This document shows positions 1-13,328 of a DNA stretch of 64,000 nucleotides, piece after piece; position 1 is the stretch's first letter; the number at the start of each line of letters is the position of its first letter. The notes below the pieces were generated by a model. That model was given only the letters and a program-made list of their open reading frames with translations, was not told where the DNA came from and made no database searches. A program made the position numbers and the translations under genes. The stretch lies in the NCBI GenBank assembly GCA_040954595.2, contig CM082587.2, forward strand, positions 2,757,000 to 2,820,999, in the 5' to 3' direction. This stretch comes from Balanoglossus misakiensis (taxonomy: Eukaryota; Animalia; Hemichordata).

Positions 1-714
1 AGTGCCAAGTCAGTTTGTGATTGAATACTCGCAGCAGAGAAAATACAGCAGAATCCTCCCTGGGACTAACGATTAAATGCTGTTGATGAACATTTCCAAT
101 TTGAAAGTAAATGACGCATTACCATGCAAACAGCAAGCCAATTAAAAATATGAGGGTTTTTTGTAGTCCACAAACCATCCGTGGTGAGGAAATCGATTTT
201 AAAGTAACAAGTATGCATAATTGTACTATTGATTTTTCACCCCTATAAAAAGCGAGCCATGTTTCCGAGAACTATTCCCGAATTATAACGTGTCACGGAA
301 TTGTGACTGTGCGGAGAAGTTGGAGAATAAGACCGGCAAATTGGATCATTTCCAGGCAGTTTATGTAAACCTACATCCATTTTCCCTCAGCATTATAATG
401 GTTACACAATGAATTAGGACACGCAGGTCTCAGACTTGTTACAGACTGTGATTCATTGCAAATAGGAACACCACAGGAATACGTGATTAGGAACCTTTAC
501 ATCAGGTGTGTGTGGTCTACAAGACAACTTCAGAGTCAGAATCTTTAATATTTTATTCAGAGGTCTCTTTCTTTAAAGCCCCAGTAACTCCAATTTTTGG
601 CATTTTTCCGTATTTTTGTTTTGGGTATCAACTGCGGAATGGTGAGGTGTGTGTGTGTGGGAGGGGGGGGGGGCTGGGTTGGAGGGGGCCAGAAAATATC
701 AAAACTCGACTTAC

Positions 715-815
715 AAACTTGGAGGGTGACCCCTCTGTGTCCATGACCGTCACATGAGTGGTCGTGGTGGGGGCACTCTTCCTGCGGGCCCTGCTTCGAC
801 TCTCATACGCTGGAT
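715..815 (-). CDS. RasGAP common exon: (D)PAYESRSRARRKSAPTTTTHVTVMDTEGSPSKF, phase 1 in / phase 0 out
   Basis: Strong acceptor (ttgttgttgtttacag|AT) and donor (TTT|gtaagt); 101 nt open. Contains an RRKS basophilic kinase motif and an internal Kozak ATG (gtcATGG, 744-742). Confidence 0.88.
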
Positions 816-3770
816 CTGTAAACAACAACAACAACAATAAACATCTAACATTAGTCCAGAATTTGCTACCGTCTGTGTGATACGAAAACTAGCAGACATA
901 GTTGGAGAAAATTGAAGAATCATGAGTTCTATACATGTATATAAAAGCATGATTCCCGCAATCAATTACTCTTAGAAGAGTATCGTGATATACAGTACAT
1001 GTATAAATTGCCCATCAGCAAAGCGATATCACTGACGTTTTATTGACCTTTCATTTTCTTCAAAAGTCATACCAATAAATTTCTATTGAACTCAGTTTTT
1101 GAACTGAGTTTAATACGCTATGCTTAGAGCGATGTGGGTGGATTGGCCAAAGGCAAGATCCATGGCAAATTACAAAGAGTTTGTGAATCCCAGCCTTTAA
1201 CATTCAATATAGCCTCCAGAAAAGCATTTCAATGGGTAGCTATCCTCTTATGACAGATTTGGTTTCATACAAAAAACTTTGAATATGATTTGATATTTAT
1301 CTGAAGGGCTGAGGACGGAATAAAGCGTATTGTAGATGTTAGCAGAGATTAATCTGGGATGAGAGTAATTGTACACATAATGTAGAATTACCTGAAAGCT
1401 TGAATATCATGTTCTACAATGAGTTTAAATACCAGAAGAACACACTGGTTATCTGACGAACTGAACATTGGAGATCCACATTGTACAGTAAAAGAATGGG
1501 TTCCAGTTAAGAAATCAGAAACCCAAGCAGAAATTGAAACAAATTTAGACGTCACTATGCACTCTATCTACTTTTTGATTTGTGTAACTAAACTCTCTGA
1601 TTCAATCTCTCTCAGGTCATCCTTACCCCCATTTGTCAAAGTATTAAGTTTGACGTAAAATCAATGCAGATGTAACAGAGTTTTAGTCAGATGATAATAT
1701 CCCTTCTCTTGGCGCAACACAGAAATATAATGCAGGATGTTTTATCCCAGTATACAGATAAATCAGGTTCTATTACGTTTCACAGGAGATGTAAAACTGT
1801 ACATAACATGTTTTTCCCTCAAAAAAGATTACATTAGAGATAATATGAGATGCATCCTTTCCAAAAGTTTAAAGTTTGAGTTTATCTATCTGAAGGATAT
1901 TTCAAATATTTTTCCTGCCTTTCATTTACAAGTTATCTCCATAGTAAGAATGTAATGTGAAGTTGGTATCAAAAAGTTCCAGAAAAAAAAAATTAATTGA
2001 TGTCAGAATGGCAGTCTTGTGTCTCAAGTGCTCTGCTGTGTTCCGTATGACTAAACTGCCACCAACCCCTCGCTGCATAAATGTCTCATTATTCACTTTG
2101 CCCAAATGTCAAGTGAGAGAAAGGTGTTTAGTGTGATATTGTCACTTGTCTGAAATGTCAAGCAAACAGGTGTGAACATGAAGTGACAGACATTTCCTAC
2201 GGGAACCTCACGTTGAAGCCTTTCCTTTTGAATATGGATTTCTGACATTTGAACAAATAAGATTTCACACGATACAATGCACAGTGGCCATAACCAATAG
2301 TTTGAGGTAAGGCATTTTTGATGGCGAGTTAATTATTTGTAGCTGGTGGCTTATTTCTACAGAACTTGCTCCTTTTACGTAATGTTATTTTTTCACGTTT
2401 GATGCGAACGTGCATCCCGGATTCAGTTCAGCTCCTCCCTCACTGGAAAACTTGTCAATGACTTTCAGCACTTGGCAGTTCACACGTCAAACTAAATCTG
2501 ACACACACTCACCGACAAGTGCTCTTAGGTAACTAAGAGTGAAAGTAAAGATGGCGAAGGAGATGCTGCAATCTCTTCACTGTCGGCATGGAAATGCACT
2601 CACAACTTGAGAGCCCGGTGCACACTTGGTTGCTATGATACGCACTGGCAACTCAGAAATGGGGAAATAACACTGCATTGGATGTTCAGCCAGTGTGCAA
2701 CACCCTGGGTTTTCAATTTGTTTGGATTATAACATGTTAAACACAAATTTCCCAGTCCAATGCCCTCATCTTAGGTGCTTATTACGTATATGTACATGTT
2801 CATGGGCCCCCATCAAAAAAGAATTACAGTTTCTCGGAAATGAAACAACTATCATCAAGGCTCCACAATTGCTGAGAATAAACCTTTTGTAGAGTTAGTA
2901 TAGATACATGTATGGTCTAACAGGATTTGAAGGTAAAATGTATGTTGTGTATGTTAAGATCAGCTTCCAGTCAGATGACGTTTTTGTTAATGCATCATCC
3001 AGGCATCAAAAAGGCATTCCACTGGAAAATTCACATTGTGGTTATCTCTCCTGATCACAGATACAAAAATTTAATCTTTGGGACAAAGAGACACGGATGA
3101 AACATAGCTCGTTGTGATGGGGGAAACCAAAGAGCTTTGTGCCAATTCCGTGGTGAACATATTTACACAGAGAAAATAAAGAGGTTGTATGAAGTCAATT
3201 TTTCCTCCATATTTTCACATTTCTATGCAAACATTTATCTAGCACAATTGAAAAATGAGGTTCAGTGCTTGGCCAAGGCCATCTGTAATGCTAGCAGCTA
3301 ACTTATAATAAACCATACTGAGTTAATGAAATAATCTCCTTATGTAAATATTAACTGTTGTCATATTTCATTATGTCCAAAAAAGCCACCTTGGTCACAT
3401 TCCATGTATTGTCAAATCAAGGGGCACTCAAATATGAGCCTAAGTGTATTTATTTCAAGAGAAATGCAAAATTAATTATGCAACTCTAAACGTTATCAGT
3501 GTTTGGGCGTACACACCAAAGAATGTACCAGTACATGTTACAATTTTTTCCCTTAACAGCCCTGTGATCATTTATGCCTAGGTATATATATTAATCCACT
3601 AGAAATGCAATAATCTCTGGTGTTTAACTTTCCTGCTTTGGATTTCAGCAGGAAGGGACTATGCGTACACAGAATTGTGATTATATCAATGAGGTAAATC
3701 TTCCCTGCGTTACACACAGCTGTGCTGTGGATGAAATGATTGAACGAGAGAAAAGGAAAGTCGGTCAGAC

Positions 3771-3864
3771 CTAACAGGTGGAGATAGGAGAGCACAGCGT
3801 CCACCGAGGGCCGATGTTCCCGATGTCGCCGACTGAAATACGATGATGATTGCGATGATGTCAT
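3771..3864 (-). CDS. Candidate alternative first coding exon: MTSSQSSSYFSRRHREHRPSVDAVLSYLHLL-
   Basis: aagATG, 31 codons +1 nt, donor TAG|gtctga (phase 1, weaker). Preceded by a CpG-rich leader at about 3870-4760. Confidence 0.6.
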
Positions 3865-6800
3865 CTTCGGCAGTTTCCCCAACGATATTTACTGAGAATG
3901 TGACGAGCTGCACCTCATTGCAAACAGAGATGGTGGATTACCCTGGCAACGATCCTCGGTGAAATGACTTCAATATTCAATTGCGTCAGATAGTCGTCGA
4001 CACATAACTCCCACAATGGGAAAAAATAAAACTTTAAAGACTCGATTAGAGTCCCTTGTATTATTCAGTGACGCGACAGTTATGATGTATGACTGGTTGG
4101 CTGCGATCAGCTTCTGTCGAGGGTAGAATCGAGATTCGTCAAGTGATGGACAGGGGTGTTGGCAACTGGCAGAGGTTTTTTGCAGGTCTCTGTAGCGAGG
4201 TGAGTGTTTAGTAGACGGACTGTAGTAGACGTAGAGAAAGCAATATGAAGGGAAAAAATTCCAATTGTCTCGAAGCACACAAAATGCGCAGTTAATGTCA
4301 TTTGGCAGGTGTGCGTTAAATAAGTTACCCTCTCATGAAATATCAATGTCCAGTTGCCGACTTTTGTTTGAGACTTTAGCTGAAAATTTCCCGCAGTCCT
4401 GGTTTTTCCCAAAAAATAAAGTTCAGGAAGATTCACTCCAGCTGCGCCTCCAGGAAACTACGACGGAATGAACACGCACAATCGGCATCCAAGCTCCGGC
4501 AACATTTCCCTTTGCTGTCGATCGTCACAATTACTTTTTTGAGGAGTCCATCATCGCGGAGACACGTAAGAACATCAAACCCAACGGTGAGTATATCTCC
4601 ATCGCCGGAAAAAACAACGCAATTTTGTTTCACATCTGCCACATCAGCTACACATCCGAACTGGAGAGAACAACGAGAGCCGTGTACACACACACACACA
4701 TCAGACGACTCACTTGAATGTGGCGTACTATTGTTACGCCCGTATATACAACATGTTGCCACTCCTCCTTTGGGTGTGTCCTAACAACAAGTGGCCAGTT
4801 GTTTTTTTTGTTCCTGGCAAGCGACGACTTTATGCTCTACTTTTACTCTGAATACTATTTCATCCACTCTGTCTATACCCAGCCTATTCCATTCCAAAAA
4901 GACAGGTAGGAGAAGCATAAACATGTACGTTCACCCACAACGTATATACGTCAATTTTGAACGCACAACCACAAGAGCTGTTACGTTTCCCCTCATGAAA
5001 ATAAACCCATCCCGTAAAGATGAGAGTCATATTGTAAATATAAATTCACACATTAATAAAACATCTAAGCCGGCTATTTTTAACAAATTCATTGTATGAT
5101 AATGCTACGCACGGGGCTGAACCATACAGGTAGCATGGCAACAAAGTTAAATTCCGCTAAGCAGACTCTTCCATTCACAAATAGGGAGGTGCAGCACAGC
5201 TAACTGGACGGGCTAAGCTTGATGTTGTTAATAATGTTGATAATCTAGTATTGCTTTGATGTATACCCTCTTTGAATCTATCTTGGTAATGCATCTACGA
5301 CACAAATGTCATTTCCTGGTGCCATCTGCCACAGATGGGAATCCATAATCCTGATAAGATTTTTCCAATATCCATCACGTATAATATTAATATTACACAT
5401 CAAAACAGAAGGTCAAAGCAAAACATGTATCTCTCTCTCTCTGATTATATGAGTCAATCACTGATTGCAAATGTGGAGCACATTTTTTTTACACAGCTAA
5501 ATTAATGTAATTAGCATCAACCTTTTGAAACTTCTAAAACCACTCAACAACATGGAGGCATTTTTCCCAAACTAGCCATCAGCTTCAAAACCTAATGAGC
5601 CCACAAAACCACAACTATGAACGTAAAGCTCACACAGAACATGAAAGAAAAGCTGGCTGCCATGGCCATTACGGTGTTCATCCTCGAAACGCTCCAAGCA
5701 GGTGTTTAATATCTTGGCGGCAGACATAAACGTTGCCATCAAGGGATATGTTCCGCGCAAATCCAGAGTATAGTTTGATGGATAGCAACAGTAAAACTAA
5801 AGAAGACACTGGGCAATCATCTCTCGGAAACACCAGCTGTGTCCCGTCAAATTACTAGACTTCCAGTAATTTTTCATACCAACACTAGACAGTGTAATCC
5901 CCCCTTTTCCCCAAGATATAAACCCTAAACCAGCATGCCTGCACATCTTATACCCCATTAAGATGTATGTTTTCTGTCTGCGGAGATATTTATGCAATTT
6001 GACCAAAAAAGTGTATCTATCATTTGGATGTTAAAGGTACAAATCGCCTTTTTTGTGTGGCCATAAAAGTGACAAAAAATTTAGAGTTGTTTTACACCCC
6101 TCAGGAAAGATTCTTGCGATTACAGAAAAAAGATGATTATAACCTTACTTTTTCTATGATTGCAGTTGAGAGCAATCAACATAATTAAATAGATTCCTAG
6201 CTTGATAAAAACTTCAATTCATCTTTCCAAGTATCGCGGGAAGCGCAATAAGGAAAACACAATGACTGGCATTTTCACCCAATCCGAAAGTATGACCGGA
6301 GGCGTCTACCATCATGTGGTCACGTTTAAAGTGGAAACTGTTGCTTTGATTAGGAGACTGCAACCGGATCAAGTTATTGCCAACAGCCCGGAGCACAGAG
6401 AATGGCATTAGGATCCCCTCTTCCCAATAACCGCAGCGGAATTATTTCCTGTATACTGCGAGTTTGGTTGGAATTGCTTCCCCTGTTAGGGAAGCGTGAC
6501 AGGAATCGGTAACTGGTGATTAAAGTAGGAATTCTCTTTCCCGGTAAAATTGCAGGAAGATTGGAATTATTTCCGTGAAAACAGTGAACTGGGGTTGGAA
6601 TTGCTTTTATTTACGTGACCGGTACTACATGTTCTGGTATTTCCCAAACAGTGATGTTCAATTATTTTGACAGATGATTGGAACTGTCACACGTACGTTT
6701 TGGCAAATATCTGAAGAAGCATTTTTTTATTCTACCGCCTTGCAAATGTACACCTTGGTAGTCTGCAATGATCCTTTTCATGGTCAATGTCAAGTTTTAA

Positions 6801-8914
6801 CTGTACCATAAACAAATGGTTATCATGATTATATCACATGGTGGCGCTATATGATTTTCAATCCTGCAGTTTTCCAAGTTTGAGTTTTGCTGACCAGTAC
6901 GCATCTTAACTTCTTTTAATCCATCTGGTGTAACAAAACATCATGCTCCGCCCCATCCTTCTTTAATTTGAGAATGCGTCCATCTAAAGATTTAAATCAC
7001 TTCCAGATTTGGAAGAGCGCTTCATGGCCCGAGAGAGCACTTAGTGGCCATGACAGAAGTTGACCCCACGCGACATCTGGCTATACATGTAACAGTCCCC
7101 AGTAAATGGCTAAGTTTCCCCAGCAGGCATCGGTTAACTTCGTCTAACCTTTCTTGCTGGCAACTAAAAGCACCACATACTTGCATTGCAAGCTCTCTTT
7201 TGATTTACATTTCGGGGTCAGGACACTATCGCAGTGCGTCATTTCTGCCAGAGTGGGCAGAGCGTTCTCACGGCAAGTCTTTCCACCGCGAAGTGTGCCA
7301 CGTCGACTTCTGCATACTCAGCTAAACTGATCACGTTTAAAGGACCATGCTATTACAGTCAGGAATTGGGGCGCGTCATTTCACAAATCAATATTCCAAC
7401 TCAGTGACTGGAACCACTGAAGATTTCGTTTCAAAATCACATCATTATCAAGCGAAATTAAAAAAGAATATCTACAAACTTTTTAGTACGCCTGATGGAA
7501 AATCATTTCTTTATCAGACAGGCAAACTCTGTGCCCATTAGAGCCCGACACAAACTGACTGTAAGCCTGGGAATTTGTATAAGTCACTGACTGATCAGTA
7601 TTCCACCGGCTTTTGATTTGTTGCTTTTCACATCCAGAGATCACATAAATTCTCCGGGTCAGTACGTAGCCTGGAGAAAAAAATACTATCCACGGGAAGA
7701 GAAGTGACACCAGCTGTTTAACGGCACAACCAGAAGTGAAATGAATGATGGGAGAAGCGGTCACCCCTGACACTTGTGTGTATCGTCAAAGGGGGAATGG
7801 GGAAAATGTGTTTACCGTATCTGACATCATTAAAAACACCAAGAGGCGTACGTTCTACATGTACTGAAAGATGTGAACTGGTGAGGTCACGCAGTGAACA
7901 GTGAACGTCTGAGTTGAGTGATCTGCTTTCTCAGAGTTGTTGTCTAATACTGAGGTACCCTGTTTTGATCCAAGTTACAACAGTCAAGCACGCAAACATC
8001 CCACATTACTGACTTTTCCGTCAACATCTGTGCCCAGGAGGTGACAAATTTCCACAAACACGTCCTGCAGTTACGAAAGTTATCACAAAAACACTAAATG
8101 TAATATTAATCCCTGCTCCATTCAAATATTTACATTAAAAGTTGCCCCAGCTTGGCAGTATTTCCATGTCTGGCGGCAGAGTCAATTTTTATTGATAATC
8201 CTTCTCCTGCCTATTCTGCCTTATTTCAATATGCTGCCAACAAAAAGCGATCCCGGGAAAGAGTGAGTGAGGTTAGGATGTCACTTCCCTATAACCTTGC
8301 TTTGAAGATGCCTCCACTCCGCCATAAAAATAGATATTAAATCCACGAAATAGATTAGGTTTCAGGTTCTATCTAATGGAGCCTTATCCTGATTAATTAA
8401 ATTGAAAACTATAAAGGTGAACAGCAGAGACAAAACTTCACCTCCCACTATGTTATACACTTATTGGTCTTTTCAATGTCAATTGAACTTCCACTGATAA
8501 ATCCATGAAAAGTTTCTCTTGTCTATGGATCATCATCTCGTATTTCAACACGTCATTTTTATTTATTACTTGCAGATTAAATCGTATCTCTAGCAGGTCA
8601 ATGCAAGATTTCTGCTTTGCAAAACAAAGATGACACCCTCCACTTTAAGGAGAACTTGAGAGAACTTGCACTTCTGGACCAAAGCCATCCAAAACAAATT
8701 CATGTCGTTTGGAATACATGTACAAATGTAGTTGTTTTCCTACCCATCTTGTCTATCTACACATTTCCATGAGCCAAAAAATTAAGACAACCATGGAAAT
8801 ATTTTTCACAGAGTTTGTCTGACTGATGTGTAGCGCATTTTCAAGAAGGAGTTAAGATCAGATCAGACGAAGAGGACCAACCAACCTACAAAAAACAAGA
8901 CAGGATCCACTTAC

Positions 8915-8957
8915 CGAGTATGAATCTAGCCAGTTCTTTGAGCTGCTGTTTCAACAT
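8915..8957 (-). CDS. Candidate alternative first coding exon: MLKQQLKELARFIL-
   Basis: aacATG, 14 codons +1 nt, consensus donor TCG|gtaagt (phase 1). CCAAT and an E-box palindrome lie 105-140 bp upstream. Confidence 0.72.
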
Positions 8958-9062
8958 GTTGCTTGTTTTGCGTGGTTCAAACTTTCGATTGAGTCTGATC
9001 TCGACCCCTACTACTACGCCAATTTGACGGCTTGGTGAGCACTCTGTGGGTTCACCCCTTGG

Positions 9063-9095
9063 CCAATCACAGAATGTTTGCTGGGTCACGTGACC
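9063..9095. promoter_or_regulatory. CCAAT box plus perfect palindromic E-box GGTCACGTGACC (USF/MiT-TFE CLEAR-type)
   Basis: ccaat at 9063-9067 and GGTCACGTGACC at 9084-9095, with a second CACGTGAC at about 9153. Upstream of exon 8957-8915. Confidence 0.5.
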
Positions 9096-9600
9096 TACGC
9101 ACGGATACGGCCAGAAATAGCCAAGGGCTTACACAACATTCTCGCTTGTTGACACGTGACTTTTCACTTTTCACAGCACGACTTTTCACCAGATTTTATG
9201 TGTCACTGGGAATTCTGCTTTATGAGGAATTATTGAAAGATCAAGAAGATTTCAAGTTTTTTTTCTGAAAATGTTATACAGGGAAAACATTGATTTCTCT
9301 GGTTCACATGACTGAAAATGTCATTGTGTTACGCAGAATACAAGGTTAATTTTTCCAATGCTCATCCAAATCTGAGAATTAGATCATCATCACTTTGATG
9401 AGAAGTAAAGACGAGAGACTCTCGACTCTGTTTGTCTCAACACTGACATTAAATATGGACACAGCTGTTGACATCACACAAGGGTGATGTCGTCTGGCTG
9501 CGCTAAATAAAATTTATGTACACGTAAACAAATACCTTCACTGAATCCCACAGCCAAACCTAAAAACAATTCATAAAAATTTCAGCTGATCTCTCTCTAA

Positions 9601-9627
9601 CACACACACACACACACACACACACAC
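9601..9627. repeat. (CA)n microsatellite
   Basis: About 13 CA units, seen directly. Confidence 0.95.
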
Positions 9628-11995
9628 TGAATTAAATAACATAAATTTGATGTTTAAAATTTATGATTTCTAAGTTGATGTCAAAATAAGCCTATCCATG
9701 AAACAATTTCTCTAAGATGACTTACGCAGAATTGTGCACTGCAGTAGACCTGTTCTCCTTCGAGGCAGAACCAAATGACAGACGGCTGATGGACACAATA
9801 GACATAAAAAATCTATTTCCTTTTAGCTTATATACTGTTAAAATCAATGACACACATACACTCATCACTGTCACACAAAAGGTCAATTAAAATATTAATG
9901 GCCTTTTATTTGTGGTGAATGGAATTTATAATTTTAGAGAATATAAAAAAATGACAGGAATATGTCCATTGTTATTATTATCAAGGTTAGAATCTGTATA
10001 ACTTTGTCCTGAGTCAGCTGAACAAAGCAGGTTTTTGTGTGCTGGGGGGAAAAATATTCCCGATGAAAGATTAAAAGCAGGATATTGGAACATCAAAAGC
10101 TTATTTCTGTGTTTGATATCACTGATTGATAATTAACTGTAACGAGACAACGTGACGAGATCGGCTGAATGCTATGATGAGTATGACTCATACATTTTAT
10201 GTGTAAAGGAGGAGTATTGATCAGCCACTGGATGACAATGTTTTGAAATGAAGAATGCTGTGTAAGGTTGTTGACCGGGAGTTAGTTGCCCTCTTTCTAA
10301 GGAGTTCATCAGGTATACGTACAGGTACGGTTCACCTGTTCTGATCTATGTGTCGGTGTCATTCTCGGTCATAAAATGGGAAAATCTGGCCATAATGCCT
10401 TGCTCTTGCGTGACATTGGCTTTGACATCTTTGACAGGGGTGTTTTCTAGATTGAACTAAGCTGATAGAGAATTTAACTCAATATAAGAAGGCTTGTTTC
10501 CAAATGTGTATACATCGACTTGCTGTATGTTTAATGTTCTGCATTGATGGGATGGAAACTCAAAAAGCTTCCTCAGGTTCATTAAAACTGGATTACCACC
10601 ACGACGATTATTTCAGTACATGTTTTCCACATATCCTGCCTTTCGCGTGATGTATACATGTACTTGTAAGTTTTGATTAAAGAAGCTGTACATTGACAAT
10701 CTCACATGTACGTGCATGTGCCTGGTTCAATGTTTTTCAGCCCACGTTTGTTAAAAAAAGGGTATTTTTTTCAATAAAAGATAATTAGTAGTACAATTAA
10801 TTCTTGAAAAAAGCTGATTTCCTGGACAGGTCGTGTTCCGTGAACCCTTACAGTTTATTCCAACGTTTACGATCCTTTGGTAGAAAGGCATACATGTACA
10901 CGTGATGTATCTTGAGTAACAGATCAGCAATATTAGACCACACAGATGTCACCACACTGTATGGGTGTTCTATGCGACTGACTGCGGTGGAGGAAAATTT
11001 GAGGAAGATCATTGAAAAATGCCTCAGAGATTTTCCATAAAAAATATATATTTCAGTATATAACAGTAGTAATCAAGCCTAGTCTCCGTTCTGCGATCAT
11101 TTTTTTTCTCAATCATGTCAGAAACATACAGAAAATAATTTTTGGTACTGTTGGCATCTCAAAGAGAAATTATCCCCAGAATATGAGTTTTAATTGATAA
11201 TTCTCTGACCCAAAACTAAGCTGTAAATTACTATCTGATACCCACTTAAAGATACAAGCTGAACTGACAATAAACACCATATTGGTGGGATTATAATCCA
11301 GCAATGAAAAAATATATCCCATGATGCCAGATAATTCAAATTGTGTCATGACCCATGTCACATTGCAACACACTGCCAGCTGTTCTCTTACCCTAACAAT
11401 GTAAAATTTCTAGCAAAAAATTGAACCGTAAAATCGTTCTGTTGGTTTATTTTACTCAAAATAATAATCTAACTAGTCCTGATAAAAAATTAACCTGGTC
11501 TAAAATTTTACATTGGAGGTGGCCAATCATACAAGGGAAAAATTATCACATTCTGTAAATTCAACAGATCAAACAATGTCCACTGAATCAAAACTACTGA
11601 TATATCAACTGTCCTGCTGATAAAAAAGTCTTCAGTGTAATTGCAAAGACCTTTATCATTTTTTTCACTCACAAACTGTATCACCATATTTTAAAACAAC
11701 AAATTTCTCCGATAACTCAGTTATATTTTATGACGCTTGCGTGTTGCTATTTTTTCTGTGTTTGAAGCGATTCGCTTTGATTTGCGACATCAGTAGTCCC
11801 AATTCCAATGAACCCCCGTCACAAACAGAAAAACTCCCAACATCAACATCCTGGTGTTTTTCTCTCCCGGAAAAAAACACCGCAAATGATCAACACACAG
11901 CGATCACCACACACCACAAAAGTTGAACGGTAAACACCAGCATTCCCCAACATCCCCGCAACACCAAATTTTCCGGAGGGAAATATTTCACCTAC

Positions 11996-12093
11996 CTGGG
12001 TAATAGTTCGGCAGCCAGTAATTTGAATAACTGTGTGCCCAGTCTGTGCGGATTTTAAATGCCCCAGTGGTGTCAGCTGTTATGTTATTAAAC
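11996..12093 (-). other. Possible internal cassette exon (phase 2 in / phase 1 out; FNNITADTTGAFKIRTDWAHSYSNYWLPNYYP)
   Basis: Acceptor tgataatgctag| and strong donor CAG|gtaggt; open in the frame that fits the common exon. Confidence 0.3.
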
Positions 12094-12746
12094 CTAGCAT
12101 TATCAAAACAACATGGCCCTTATTCTAACAATACAAATCTACCACGCAACTAGAACTCTTTATTGACAAAAATAAAAACCTCCATGGTTTTAGTTATCTA
12201 AAACATCTTATTTGTCTCTCTATTTAAGGTAAATGGTAGCTGGTTATTTGACCTGTCTTTAAAAGCAGGCCACTCATTGCGGTTCATTTTAAACACAGTT
12301 GCCAATTAAAGAAAATTCTTCTTAACAATAGTACAGGTATCTGAGTATCATAGATTCTTATATCAGTCAAGTTATGTAAAGATTTAATCAATCAATTGTA
12401 ATTTGACCCTGTGAAGATTTCTTCAAAGGATGTGAACACAATTATTTTCACCTGAGTGCCAATATGTATGTAAGCGTGAACTTGTGAATAATTCTAGATA
12501 ATACTCCGTACTGTGAGACAATTAAACTGACACGGTAGAAGGGAATAGATTGGGATGTACAAGAGGACAAGGACCCGGATTTACTGGAGAATAGGAAGGG
12601 CTTCACTGTTGGTCAATTGGGTGTAATAGATAGCACTTGACAATGCTTGGCAACACAAATCCAGACAAACCAAAATTACCAAAACTCGACTTGAGAACAG
12701 TACCGAACTCTGACAGAGACCAACATTGTACATGTACAATACTCAC

Positions 12747-12810
12747 TGAACGGATATACACAACAGATTGTCACCCAGGCCCATAAATCTAGATTGACAA
12801 TCTGTTGCAT
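12747..12810 (-). CDS. Candidate alternative first coding exon: MQQIVNLDLWAWVTICCVYPF-
   Basis: ATG, 21 codons +1 nt, donor TCA|gtgagt (phase 1). GC box and CpG-rich region at 12850-12970 upstream. Confidence 0.45.
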
Positions 12811-13120
12811 GTGGAACAACTTAACAATTCTTTCCCCTCATGGTACGATTTAGGGGCGGAATGTTCTCAAGACGCTACATTGGCGAGAGTGAAGCTTCAC
12901 TGGTAGAAATGTCAATTATCGGGAGCTGCTGGCGCGACTTGAGGTCAGCGTGGGTCACTCGATCGCGGCACCCAGCACCACAATACTCAAGATATCAACT
13001 TTCATATAAATATATTATGAACCTCATAAAGAGTGGGCTGGTGGGAGTTTAATATATACAAATAAGATCTGAAAGAACGATAACAATTTTGATAGACTTT
13101 GAAAACAAAACAACTCTTAC

Positions 13121-13152
13121 AAGAAAACACAATGGTATCTGCAGTCAGTGAC
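13121..13152 (-). other. 32-nt cassette exon (frame-shifting)
   Basis: Acceptor ctcaccctaacttcag| with branch-point-like ctaac, and donor CTT|gtaaga. Lies 94 nt downstream of the exon ending at 13247. Confidence 0.45.
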
Positions 13153-13246
13153 CTGAAGTTAGGGTGAGCATTTGGCGAAGTTATACCACAACAAAGTGCG
13201 ATTTATCCAATTAAGAAGTTTTTTCTCAAAAAGATTCTTGTCCTAC

Positions 13247-13328
13247 CTGGTGATTTGATACCAAAGCACACAAGCATTTCTTTGATCATGGTGGAAGTTA
13301 AGATTGTTCTACCAGTTCCTTCTGGCAT
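13247..13328 (-). CDS. Candidate alternative first coding exon: MPEGTGRTILTST-MIKEMLVCFGIKSP-
   Basis: Two in-frame ATGs (13328, and 13289 in ccaccATG context); donor CAG|gtagga (phase 1). CpG-rich region at 13700-14250 upstream, with a further donor at 13950. Confidence 0.68.

Noticed and set aside
3771-3864. Resemblance of YLHLLG to the PDE7 exon end YIRMLG
   Set aside because: The common exon and the PH exon fit the SynGAP-family RasGAP much better.
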